64,000 bases of DNA, taken from Lingula anatina (lineage: Eukaryota > Animalia > Brachiopoda). The stretch is taken from NCBI GenBank assembly GCA_051362555.1, contig CM120640.1, positions 46,478,788 through 46,542,787 on the forward strand. The letters run 5' to 3'. Of the stretch, positions 22,843 to 36,900 are shown one piece after another (positions within the stretch are counted from its first letter, which is position 1; the number at the start of each line of letters is the position of its first letter). The notes under the pieces were generated by a model. It had not been told where the DNA came from. It did not search any database and worked only from the letters and a program-made list of their open reading frames with translations. Both the position numbers and the translations under genes were made by a program.

Positions 22843-25784
22843 ATTTGGGGATGAAAGATTTGTTTAATTATTATTTTTTCGATTCCACAAACAAAACTGT
22901 CTTACTGCGATATTGCTAGCGCTTTGTGTCTACCATGGACATAATGAGAGAAGGCCTTCTCTTATTATGTCCATGTGTCTACTGACAATGAATTAGAGCG
23001 AGCCATCGGACCTGGGACCATGAGCCTGAAGATTACTACTTAACTGACCTCTTTCTTCTCTGGTAATCTGCGTTGTTCGGCCAGTCGTGAGGTCCGTCTC
23101 TATCAAAGTCTTTAAATTTAGAGAGAAACTGTTTCCTTCCACTTCGTAAGACACTTTATTTTCCTTTTTCTTGAAGTATTTATGTATTTTGTGGCTTGTC
23201 AATTCATCAAATGGATGCACAGTTCGATCGCCACCGTCTACCCAACACCTAAAACAGAGTCTCTTTTTGATTACTTCTATTATTAAATCTGCATTCAGAT
23301 ACCAACATTTTTTCGATCTATAATAATGATTCAAGTATCGGTAATAAAACTTTTTCGAGGGATTCGGAAGAAACTTGTTTTACTTACCAATGTGTTGTTT
23401 GGTAAACTCTTCCTGCCTCAGCCTCATCTGTCGCCTCTTGACAAATTTTATAAATGTCATGGATTGCAGATTTAACATCTTCCTTATGACCCGTAATAGT
23501 AATGCTACCAAGGCTTTTCGGAACTAAGAGAAAAAGATACAATTTATTTTCAAAACAATAAAAATTTTTAGAGATTTGGCTCTGATAATGTTTGTAACGT
23601 CATAATTTGCATAAAAAAAATCTACCTGAAATGCCAAAAATAAATGTTCTGCAATTTGACTAGTAAACTATTTATTACTTCTCTGGCATGCTTTTATTAA
23701 CTAGAGCTCATTAATATCTAAGTTGCAGGAATATCGAAGAATTCGGGAGGTGAACTGAAGAATGAGAAATGCATGCTGCAGATGTGAGAGACGAGAGATG
23801 AGAGAGACGAAAGGGGCATCCTGGTCTGTCGTAATGAATTATCTTCCTGGCTGGCTGAAGATTTGTTTTATCCACCCAATTTTTTTTACACTTATCGAGA
23901 ATGATAATTTTGCAGAAATCTTCAATTAGTTTTTTTTTTTTTTTTTTTTTTTTTTTTGCAAATAATAATCTGTTGGTGAGAAAAATAACATTAAAGGTAT
24001 GCTATCAGAGATTTTTTCAGCCAAATAGAATTTTCTCTGAAAAAAGCAATTCCTCCTACGATCATGCGTGAACTTTAACTCGATGTCTTATACCATTTTA
24101 AATTAAATTACTTAGTTCCAAAATTTTCTGGTAAGGTTAAGATTTGGGAAGATAAGCAGGTTATGAAGCTAAAGAAAGTGTGACTTAGGGAGAGTTTCAA
24201 CATGGACAGTATACCTATAACCTTTAATTTTCTCAATAGCTTTTTTTCGTCGCTAGGGGTTTTCACAACAAAGAAAAGAAGTAATATAAATAAAACTTAG
24301 TACCCGATATTAAGACTTGATTATTCTTTAAAATTTCAGATACGTCTTGTCTTCTCAATATCTGCTCATCGACATCAAGGGTTTCCTGAACAATAAAGTT
24401 AATAATCAAATATTAAAATTCACATGTACGATTCATAAAATGTATTATCAGATTAATATATTTCTTGTCTGTATAATCAAATTATTAGGAAATAGATAAT
24501 TCAACTGAGATGTAGGTTATTTTAACTTGCCTTATGTTTGGTTTCTTTTTTAACATAGTCATCAATCTTCTTGTATGATTTGGCAACATTGTCCTTGTGA
24601 CCATGTATTGAAACTGTCATTTCTTTGAAGGTCCTTATACCTGTAGGTTGCTTCTTGCTCAAATACTGACCTATGGTCACAGTTAACAGAAAAACAGTAC
24701 TAATTAAGAAAATGTTAGTCATGCATATTGTTGTCTGTTCACTCATATTTCGACATTTTCCATTGTAACTTTTCATTGCAAAAAGGCCCTTATCTCACTA
24801 GAAATGAAAAAGCGGGTTTCTTTGAGATTTGAACAAAAAGAAGTATATCTACTACATCAACGTTTTATGCTATTTGTGTTTAGACTGTTGTATCTCGTAA
24901 CAACCAGCTCGCTTTGTAAACGGTATAATATGCAATAATAGGTTATCAACTTTAGCTTAGTAGGCCACATAAAGGTACCAAAGTTGTAAATTGAGTAAAA
25001 TAGTGTTGGCGTTAAGGACATGATTTTGGCATATTTCTTCAAGTTTGAATGCCAGCGCAAAAAATCTGATGTGAAGTCGTTTTCATCCAAAAATTTGAAA
25101 GAATAACGACTGAGTATTTTACAAAAGCTTCTTAAAAGCATCAATCATTTTTTTTTATGTTACAAGGAATGTTTTCGCCAGGGTTGTTTAATATAAGCCG
25201 ACAGAATTTTCCAAGCGACTAAACCAGAGTTTGACATTTTTGTGCACAAACCATGTACCAAACATCGAACACTCAGGCTGTCTACCTTTAAATAATCAAA
25301 TAAATTCAAAGCAAACATGTTCAAAACAATGTCTAAACTTTGTCTCTGAGTTTAAATGTGTATCTTAGCTATGTCAAATTTTAGCAATGTACCCTTGGGA
25401 AGTTCGGTGATGAAGATTTCCCCCCTGCATCTGAGCTCAGTATGGAATTGTTTTACTTGTTCCTGGTCGAATATGGTCAGATTTATAAGCCGCAGGTGTT
25501 GCGGCTTCAACACATCAATGGTACCAATGATACCCTTGATCATCTCTATAGCCGACTCTGCTACGGCCACGTTCGCATTTCCTGAAAGACACATTCACCC
25601 ATTTAAACGCAAACGAAAGACCGACCCCTTAGTCTACCTACCTATTTCATTGGAATAAAAAGGTAGATTTTGCCCAATCTAACAGGAAAGAAAAAATACA
25701 CCCTAAGGCAACAACATGGAGTGTTGATTTACCCAGTGCTGTAAAATAATTTAAACTGCATGTTTTCCATGTAGGGAAAATGTG

Positions 25785-25820
<36 letters not shown>

Positions 25821-28800
25821 CGTGCGTGCGTGTGTGTGTGTTTGGGGGGTACACCCTATACCAATTTGAATACAAATGTATGTGGGCTTCTGTAACCCCA
25901 TCCGATATTATCACTACAACCCGTACTTCTCAATAGTAGCCTGTTATCTATCTATATTGCACACACACACACACACACACACACGTTAACTATCTCTTTT
26001 TTCACTCACCTGTTCCAACAGCAGGGAAGGAAATAGACGACCACTGTGATGCGTCTGCCAAATAGAGGCACTTCTTCACTGAAATGCATATTTCTTCCTT
26101 GTTTTGGAGGACCAAATGGTATATATTCTTAAAAGGCAATTCTCCAGCACCTGAAATAAAATACTTTATAATGGCTTTTTTGTGCATTCAGTAACAGCCA
26201 ACCTGATCAAGTGACAAAATCATGTTTGATTTGATTGATTAAGGGTTAATATAGAGGGACAACCATATCATGAATCCAAACATACATACCAGTTACAACT
26301 ATCTCTCCTTTTTTGAAAGCATCAGCTTGCTGATTACATTCGTCCCTTACGCTCTGTCCACCTTGTTGGAGAATGTATTGACCCAATTTTCCAAAAGCTG
26401 AAATTGTAACGACCAATGTCGGATTAAATACATCATGATAGACAAGTGAAGGTATACTGTACTTCATGTGTTAGGCTAATATCAAATTTCACACTTGTGC
26501 AATTTATCTCCTTTTGTTCTTTTCGTATACACGCTTAAAATATCTCAGTATGAAATCAAGTCTGAGCTGAAAGAGAATCTTACTCGATCCCTCTCCTGCT
26601 GTACTAACTATGACATCGACACGGTCATTCGTAAGATCGCCTTGTTGCACCTGTATTTTAACGCCACTGTATTCTGCCTCCGTGAATGCTGTTTGAATGG
26701 ACGTAATTGTTAGCCCGGGTGTAATGAGACTTGTAGCTAAAAGGCAAATGAAGTTTCACGTTCAATCTTCAAAACTACCATTCACATGGTAATTGAATTT
26801 AAATTAAGGATACCTCAGTATAAGAATTAGGCACACTCACTGCAAGCCGTTGCCATAATTCGCATATATATCAAACCAAGGTTAAATTGCCTCAAAATGT
26901 ACTATACCTCTGAGTCGTCTGTGCACAGTTCGTGGTACATCACTCACTTGATTCAGCTTTTTCTTAAAGGCAGTTATGACTGTAGTATTTTTTGCATACA
27001 ACACAAACCGAATGTCCTTAAAAGTAACAAAAGTTAGTATTAGCTAAGACCAAGGAGTTATAACAGTTATAACTCCTTGCTAAGACAAACTGCACGATTG
27101 CATAAAGATAACCAATGCAAAGACTTAAGGGAAGAAGCTACAATAAGCTTGAAAACAGGACCCTAAAACCTAATTACTCAAAGGAGAAAAGGCCTCTACA
27201 AACGAAACGAACCGAGAAAAATGAGTCAGAATTGTTTTCTTGTGTCTAATTGTAAGTTGCATTATGTGAAATAACTTGATTGGGTCTGTTAAGTTGGCTA
27301 CATGTGTATGTTATTTAAACTTTAACCTAAGAGTGTTAAATACCCTTGCCTTAATATCGGTGTCTGGATTGCTTGCAACAAAACCCATGCTTTCATTAAT
27401 CATTACATCAGCAACCACATCGCATGGAAAGTGCAGTTTTCCTGTGCCGATTGCTGGGAACGCCACGGATGCCATTTTGTGCTGGTGACATTCCGCTAAA
27501 CACAGTGATATGAGTGCAGAAAGCCTCTACAAAACATTAGAAATAACAGATTACATTATGGAAGCAGAGTCTGTTCGTTGTTTCGAATAAAACACTAGGC
27601 CACTTTTCAATTAATGAATAGCACATTTGACAAAGGTCGCCGTTTCGTGTCATCAAATTACTGAAGATTAGTACTGTAAAATACATGTACAGTTTCTAGG
27701 AAAATGTCTGGGCCATTCTTCAGGGTTTTTTTCGGTGATTCAAGCACACAGATCTGTATGTTGTTTTTAAATCTGCAAATGTAAATTAAAGTTACCTTTT
27801 CCCGCCCCTCTTCCCACATGGGACAGGACACGTGGTACACTGTGCTGCAGGGAAGATTAAACCCATCAGTTTTCTTCATTTCACCAACCGGTACGGTCCC
27901 TGCTTTGGTGCATTCCTTTTAAACCAAAATTATATTAATCATTCGGATTGCTTTAACACGCTGGTTGTGGATTTTTAATTCAAACTATGGACTCATGTAC
28001 AAAATGGTTGAGTGCAAAGAATAAACACTTGAGCGTATTACGTAGTGGATTTTTTAATTAATCCAGTAGAGTGATATCACATTGTAAGAAAAAAACATCT
28101 ACTATTGGACCCAAGTTATTAATAACGCCGCAACGCGATGTTGAGATCGTATTACCAATCTTCAACAAGGAAATGAATGCCAGTGACCAGAAGGAATGGT
28201 CACGTGACTGGTTAAATGACTAATGGAATTTACTGAAGGGTCCGGTCAAAGATATATTAAAGGTTAGGTGGTACCGATCGCAACGTCAGATCGTAGCTTA
28301 ATCAACTATGTAGTCCAGTATTAAATTTGTTTTTCTCTTACTTAAACATAGTATTTTTTCAATAATACTAGAGGGTCTTTCCTTTCCTCTCCCCGAATTC
28401 TACCTTTGCAGAGTTTTGGCACATAAAATACACTAACGCATTCTTCTGGCGTCTTCATTGCATGTGCACAAGTGTCTCGATTCCATGGCCCAGTATCTCG
28501 AAATAGAATCGGTTATGGAATCGAGACACTAACGCACGTGCGCAACATAGCGAACCTTTCGAGATACGGAGCCCTGGTCAGGTCGCCGTTGGACGCTCAA
28601 AAAACGCACGGTGATCGCGCGTTCAAAACAAGCGGCAAGCTTTGTAGTGGGTCGCCACTTTGTAGTGGGACCCTCGGACTAGTTAGTCCCCTTTTCTGAA
28701 TGGAATCATTGACCAAATTGTTATGTGCTAACCTGTTGAAGTTGTGGCCCAGCTGCTTTGCTAAGGGCAGCAGATACATTTCCTGCGCTGAGGTCCATGT

Positions 28801-30867
28801 TGGAGTCGATGCTGTTTACTATCACATCGACCTTTTTGAGAATAAATTGAAAAAAATCACCTTAAATGGTTAAGATAATGATTTAACAGACTGTAGAGTA
28901 TCTTTTAACCGACTCTGAGCCTCACATGCATGTTATTATAAAGCTATTTATAAATGCGCCTTTGGCAATGGCAGGCTTCGTACTATTTTCAAGAAAGGTC
29001 GGCCGTATTATCCTGCCTTACGCTTTGTTCCTCAATGTATCCCTTCACCAAGGTAATGGTTACACCTTCAGGGGTAATAAAGCTGCCTGCGACAACACCT
29101 TTGGAGCCAAACACTGAAACCTCATAAATATAAAATAACATACGTCATTTATTTTGGATCTGTCCACTTGATATTTAAGCACGTATTTAAGCACTGTGGT
29201 ACTGGAAAACTGTCTATTACGACAAGTTAAAATCCAAAAGCAATGAAATTAAGATTAGTATATAATCAACGCAAATTATAATAAAATATAGGCTTTGCAA
29301 AAGGAAAAGCAAAAAAAAAAAAAAAAAAAAAATGCTCAACAATAATCTTTAACAATTTGATTTGCGTAGACAAGAAAATATGTCTGGCTTGTTTAAAAAA
29401 AATCGCCTTTATGTTTAGACATGATACACTACTGTACATAAAACTTTCCACTACACAGAGGGCGCACGAGAAACATATACTGACAGTCACCGAAAACGCA
29501 TCAGAAAACTTTCTTGTACTTTTACCGAGAATCGAATCCAACCATATAAACGAGTGCAAATGCACTTGTTTGGTCATAAGAGAGTGGGCTGACCACTCGG
29601 AGGTTTAAAATTTCAGCTTCAGTTATTTTGTGATCACCTGATTTTGTGATCAGCTGTTACAAAATCATGTGTTTTTCCTGATTGGTGTGAATTAATCAGG
29701 TTCAATATATGGTGATTAATTAAGCCTATTTAAGACCAAATCCTGTATGACACATGACAAAAAAGTTCTGTGATGCCACGTCTGACACTGGAAGAGCGAC
29801 TAGGGGCCCTGGGGATGCTGGAGGCTGGGCGGAACCAAAGAGTTATTTTCTTAATATGCCAAAGGAACTTAAAATATGATTTGATAAATAAATGATGCGT
29901 TTTCATTGGCTGTCAGTATACTTTCAGTTAGGAAAAGGTAGGCCGTGTCCTATACATAGAGATTGTTAATTCAAGAGATGCAACATGACTCGGCACATTA
30001 AATGGGATTTTCGTTTGAACCATTACCTCTCTGATGTGAACGTCCACTTTGTTCATTGTCTTCAGACCTTTCAATATATCGCCGCCTTTACCACACTGAA
30101 GATCGTTAGCCATTCCTGGGTAATGTACAAACGAACAATCATAGAAAAGAAAGCCAATGCTTAAGCGACTTTATATCGTAAAATTATGTCCATGTTAGAG
30201 CAGAAAATTAAGTTAGGAATAAAAATTGATCTTTGAAATGTTGCGGACATTGCAATCGTGTGTATTGACCCTGTTAGCAAAATCTTTCTCACTCACCGGG
30301 TTGCAAAATTGTTTTTTCCTTTGTTATTAAATTCTCCACAATGCCTGTCACTTGGGGAGTAGCATTATTAATCTGGATTAAAGAAAATGTTATTTTTCAA
30401 CTTAGCATTCAAATACTATATGTTTTTTTAAAAAGTATGTGTCATAGGCCTTCTGGCTAATTGGGGTTGTTTGTTTCCATATTCAGAAACATTGCAGCAG
30501 AGAGTGGAAACAATTTGTGACACTTGTACCACAGTGTTACCTTTTGGTCGGGGCCATGGATTGTAATCACGCCTTCTGTGGTTATCGTGATCTGTACTCC
30601 CATTGATTTTTCTACCTTCTCAATGACAGCTCCTGCAAAGAGTTACCTTTTTATCATATAATAAAATCGAAGAGTTGTTGCAACGTTACAAACCGAGTTC
30701 TGGATGTTGATATGTTGAACAGGTTTTATATATTATCTAAGGGTACAGATAAGAGATACCGTGCAAATATTACCTTAATGTATAGTTGTGTGTGCGTGTG
30801 TGTGTGCGTGTTTGTGTGTGTGCATTTGTGAATATATAACCTCTAGAGATATATTGTTTTGTGTGTA

Positions 30868-30952
<85 letters not shown>

Positions 30953-33900
30953 AGTAAAATTACCTTCATAATCAATTACGAACTGTGCTATAGGAGGTGA
31001 AATTGAAATAGTTTTACTTGAGACGGGTTTTTGGTGAAGATACTCAGTTATCCTCTTTGTGGCCACTTTAACATCTTCCTCAAAACCATACACTTTAATG
31101 TTTTTGGTATTTCGATAGTCCTCAATTTCCGTAACGACCTGAAAACAGTTTGTTTAAAAATAAGTTAGATTTTGCCGCTAGACATGAACAACCATGCTAT
31201 TCTGAAACAAACTCATAAGGCCAAACCAGTTGACGTTTTTACATGTGTCGATGTCGGTGGGCTCATCGAAGTTCAAAATGGCCGTCCAGGTAACTCGAAA
31301 GCATTGCTAAAGCCCCCGTCACACTTATTCGGAATCAACAGGGATCAAGCAGAACCAGAACGGAATGAAGAATATTCAAATTTCGCACTACATTCCGGAA
31401 GACATTTCAAATTGACCTAAATTTTTGTAAGAATGGAATACTCAGAATGCGCTTGAATGCGCTTGAATATGCCTGGAATGGTTCGTGCACATTTCGGCTG
31501 TATTAGCTCTCAAATGCAGCTCGAACGTAGTTGGAAAACTAAGAATATCGATAATGCTGTCAGAATGCAGTCAGAATATTTAGAATACACTTGGAATGCC
31601 GTACGAGTGTAGTTCGATTGCTGGCTGAAATAGGATTTCGGCAGCCATTGAGATGCATGAGAGTTGCATTCCGGCTCATTCTAGCTGTCTTGCCATTTCG
31701 GTTCTCTTTGGAACGCGATCAGAATGTCTAGAATGCTGTCAGAATGCCCTAAGAATATTTAGAATGCACTCATAGGGCAGTTAGAATACACTTAGAATGC
31801 CATTCGATATTTCTCCACTTGGAATGTACTTGGAAAGTTTTGAGCCTGAGCAAAAGCATGGGTAAAAATATTTGGAATGCACTCAGAAATTTTAGAACGC
31901 TCTTCGAATATCCAGGAACGTACAAAGAATTGTTTTTCCGACGGCATTCTTGCTCATTCCGCCTCTAGTGTGACGGGGGCTTATAGCGACCGAGCTCAAG
32001 CATAGCGATTCGTCGCTATTTGCGAGGGCTATTGCACCACCTTTTTTAACTCGAAGCCTTGGCAAGCGCAACGCATATAAAATTCGGTTGTTGCACAAAG
32101 TGAAGACGTCATAACAATACGCATAATGTAATTTTATTTCAGTATGATGCTAATCAAGAGATCAAGAATCAAGAGGGCAACGGTCCGCTTCGAATCCGAG
32201 GCCTGTTGTTCCTGACCCACCCTTCAAATAATCCTGGATCCACCCCTGATCAGGAGCGGTTCCAGGAAAATTTGAAGGGGGGGGGGGGTCTGTTTATTTT
32301 AAAAGAAATGACAGGCCTCAGATACGAAGCCAGCCCTTGCCCCCTTGAGGTGGGGCCTGCTGAAAGGCGCCGAAATTTTTTGGTGTTTTGGAGTGTAAAC
32401 GGTGCCATTTAGTACGGTTTTTTTTTCAGAACCCCCCCCCCCTCCCAAATCCACGACCGATAATAACACGTGCGCTTCGTTTATGGAATTGTTTTCGTTT
32501 GAGGCCATAATTATTCTTCCTTACACTCAAATATTGCGTTGCGTTTGCATAGTGTAGTCGCAATTAGCGATGCTTTCGCGTTAGAGCCCTGAATTATGTT
32601 GTCAGAGAAACAAAAGCAGTGATATTGAAACACATTGACGTTAAACGTGGTAAAATTTTTCAACAGACTTGTGACCTAGATGCACGGAAGCGTGTAAGGG
32701 CCACAACACAAATACAACATACTTCTCCCAAGAAACATCACGACATTACAACACATACAGATATCACAACATAAAACTCACAACAAGAACAGGGGGCGCT
32801 TTAAACACAGAGGCTAGAAAGCCTACGTGTGTGCACCGAGGGGCCAATTAAACTTGTATCATGATTTCTGTGTTGTGAGATTTGTGCTTGTTGTTGCGTA
32901 GTGATTTTTTGTGTTGTGTTTGTTACACGCTTCCATATTGGATACCTTAATTTTGGCAATAGAATTTTGCCCAAAATAACAAAAATTGACTTACACAATG
33001 CTTTTCAGCGAGGCTAGCCTGCAGACGTCCCCAGGCAGGCGCAGGGTGCAAATACGATACCCTGGATTTCTGTACAGCAATCAACTGCACTGTAAGACTG
33101 GTCTGGATACAGCTGGCTGCAGATTCTACCACTCTATTGTCAAACGAATAAAAATGAATTACAGACTCAGTTGTCTTTCCCACTGTTTCATGGACGGCAT
33201 CCAACCTGGCTTGTTTCAGCAACTCTATAATCTTTTCGTCGGCTTTATTTGAAGTCAAAACTTCGGTGTGCTGCTTCCCTGAAACATGAATACTGGTTTC
33301 TTTGATGGTGGTTATGGCTTCAAAGAACCTTAAGATGGCTTTCTCCATGGTATCAGCCTTTCCTGTAAACACAGCATCCCCTTGATCAGGGTAGATATGG
33401 GCGGTGACGGATAAGGGTAAATCCGCAATCCCTTTTGTTAGGAGTAAACGTAATCGTGCCTTGTTTTGATTGGTCACTTTTCGGGAAACTGGTATTTCTT
33501 TCTCAGTTTCAAGATACCTTTTTTCCTCTTCCTCTAACAGATCAGCAATTTCTCTTAACATACTTTTGCACTCATTCTCAAGGCCAGTTACACGGACTGT
33601 GTGGGCCATAGTATCGGGTAAAACCTGGATAGCTTCATCAAGATAAGCTCTTTGAAACCGAGTCGCAGTTTTGATCTTGTCGCGAGCGTATTCAGGAAAT
33701 TCCACTAACTTTGTATGGAAACGATCTAGGTATCTCAGAACAACGCCCTTGCAATTTTCTTTCCATTTGACTCTTTCAACTTCGTTTGACCTTGCTTTCA
33801 CGTAGATACAACTGCTGCCAGTGTCCAACCAAGGGTCTGGCAGATATCCGTTCATCGATGAAACCTCCGCCCTCAAAGAGCGAACGTGTGTGGATCGTAA

Positions 33901-36900
33901 TTCTATAAATGTTAAAATATGCGGGTTGGCGGAAACTTCGAGCGTCCAGTCCTCACCATCTTCTTCAAAATTGCCGACCCAATTGTTATTCTTTGTGCCA
34001 CAATCTGAACTGGTAATGCCTTGACTGCTGTTTGCTGTGGTAGGCTGTTCATCTGTCCCCAATATTGGAGGATTGTGTTGCACTTTCAGCTCTTGCAGAC
34101 CGAATATTTGTTTCAAAACCTTTCTGCATTCTGTTTCAACACCAGTTACTCGAACTGTCTTCGTTTCTAGGTTGGGTAACAAAACAACGTCGTTTTCCAC
34201 ATCATTATCAAGGTGCTCGCACAAATTTGCAATTGCAGAGCAAGCAATATCGGGAAAAGACACTTCTGTGGAGAAGAACCGATCGAGATATTCGCGAACA
34301 ACCGATGTGCATCTTTCTTTAAAGTACGTTTTCTGGCCTAACTTTAACTTTTGATGTACGTTGATATGGTTGCTGTCAGAGTCCAACCACGATTCTAAAA
34401 GAGACCCGTTTACTGCCGACAGCTTGTCTCTTAAACAGAGGTGGTGTTTTGGTCGTTCTTGAAGAAATGATAGAATATGTGGCTCACAAGAAATCTTAAG
34501 TGTCCAGTCATCGAGATCTTCATCTTCATCAGAGAAACTTTTAACCAGCATAACTTTTGAATATGCACTGTTATGATCGATAGGAACTTTTTCGGTTGGC
34601 TTATACATGAGGGTGCCCTCAACATTTGATTCTACCAGTAATTGGCGATTTTCTAAACTGGTGTCGCTCTCGGTGGTCCCTTGGCTTGGATTTTCTCTAA
34701 TTTTATCTTTTTGCTTTTCCCTTTCTTCTTGAAAAAGATAATCTAAATCATATAACATCTTCCCACATTCTCCTGCAATACCAGTTACTCGGACTGTCCT
34801 AGCAACTGAGTCGAGTAAAACGTCCACCTCCTCTTCTGGATAAATGGTGTGGAACTCGCATTCCTCTACAATTTTATCCCAAGCGTATTCTGGAAAGCTG
34901 ACAGATTTGGTGAGAAAAGTATCCAGATAATCTGTAACCACTTCAAAACAGTTTTCTGTCCATTGCATTTTCTGATTTTCGTGTTTGGAAATTCTTCCAT
35001 GTGCTTCTATGCATATCGCATGTCTGGTCGTGTCTACCCAGGTACTTGATAGAAAGGCTTGCACCTTTGCAAGCTTTGTTGTTAAAATCCTCTTCTGGAT
35101 AGGTCTTGCTTTTAAAAAGGAGATAATGTGAGGGTCACAGGGAACCTCTACTGTCCATCTTTCATCGGTGACTTTTTCAGTAGTGTCTTTCTGGGTGACA
35201 ACTTCTCCAGAGCTGACTTCACGAGGGACGTAGGCTACTGGCACCACCTTAACAGGTGAATCGAGGATAGAATGGGTGCGTACACTCAGAACTTTATCCC
35301 TTTCTGTAAAAAGATCTTAACTCAAATAACAGGTTGACATAGTAAAACAATCATTGTACGGGATGACCAAATAAAACAGAACCCATAAAAAATTGTTAGG
35401 TTTATTTTAGAGATTCAGTTGACATTTGGGCTGACATTGCACTGTCAAGCTAGACTGTAGGGACAGAATCGTCGATAATAGAGACAATCAGCCACCTCAA
35501 CCATCTTGGCCAGTCAAAATGAATATTTTTTATTATGAAGATGGGATAGATGATATACAGGTATACTTTTCTCCTACTGATAAATGTTCATGCGTGAAGC
35601 CAGGAAGAAATTACAATCATAAACCGAAGCCAGCAAAGACGTTGCCTAGGAAATCTTCAATGCCAGAATCTCTGAAAAATACGTCCCTGTATTTGAGAAG
35701 AACATTCCCAACAGAATAATGTAATTTTGAATTATAGTACATTCAAGGAATTGATGAGGCAGTACCTGTCTCTGAATACTTAAATGCAAACGCAAAAGTG
35801 TCGGATGATAAATGAAGGTTAAGGAGTTCAATTTTAACTTGACAAATAATGTTATGATATAACCCACATCATAAGCACAGTCCTTATGATATGTAACCCC
35901 AACATGACAAAGAAAACATTAAAGTATGTTACTAGTCTTATATCGTAAACATTCATTGACATGTTTAGATTGAACTCCTTCATTGTCATATACATGAACC
36001 ATCCATCCTTTACTCTGCGGCAAAGCTTCATTAGTTCCCTAAATGTATTATTATACAAGAATATTTTGTTGGAAATGTTCTACTCAAAGAGAGGAAAGAC
36101 AAGGGATATGTCCCTGGCAACATCTTTGCTGGTCTCATATTATTAAAGTGACTGCTTCCCCGCTTCATGCATGTGAAACAAAAATACATGTCATCCATCC
36201 TCTTTTAATAATTAAAGGTTTCACCTTTTGGTTGCTTGACGTTAGGATAATTCTGATTCTTCCTTAGAAGTCACAACGAGCAGAGCATGAAAGATCTTAT
36301 CACTTCTCGTTTTGACTGGCAGATTCTGGCTCTTCCGCAAAGCTTGACAGTAAACTTACTACACACAAGGCAACTATTTTCCATTTAAAATGTAACAATG
36401 GCAGTGTTAACATTAGAAAAGTAGCACCAAGTCCAGGGTAAATGTCAAAATCGAACTAAAAACCCTTCTTCGTGCGTGTAAGGTTCAGAAGTGCTGAACG
36501 AGCATGGTTTCCATTATGGGCATAGATGCTTTCTTTTATTATTATCATAGAAATTGACCGTTTGGATAAGGTTAACTGGCATAGCGAGAGACTATGTTCT
36601 ACTTCAATTAAATATTATTGCAAGTTCTTTATCAAATTTAGCTACTTACGTCGGGGAGGGGGGGGCGGTTTGAGGCCGTCTTCTGGGTCTTCCGGAAGAC
36701 GGTCAGATTATTAAGTGTACATCGACGGGTATCTAATTTTTTTCTGTCGGAAGACGGTCAAAAACGGAGGATGGATCACCAAAGATAATATGGAAGACTG
36801 TCAGAAAATATCTCTGGATCCGCCCCTGTTAACGTGACTAAACGTGAGTTTGCAATGTATTTAAGACCTTTGTCATTATAGGGATACCATATTGCACACA

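Noticed and set aside
25647-25914. His/Thr-repeat ORFs (also 30775-31000, 40507-40792)
   Set aside because: Translations of (CA)n/(TG)n/(AG)n microsatellites.
32230-32460. ggatcc(g/a)cccctg motif, also at ~36815 and ~51712
   Set aside because: Termini of a common dispersed MITE-like repeat; element boundaries could not be defined.
32947-35247. 766-aa ORF as a stand-alone novel gene
   Set aside because: Splices in frame to the RRM exon (37457) and to the downstream KH/macro exons; it is exon 2 of the PARP14-like gene.
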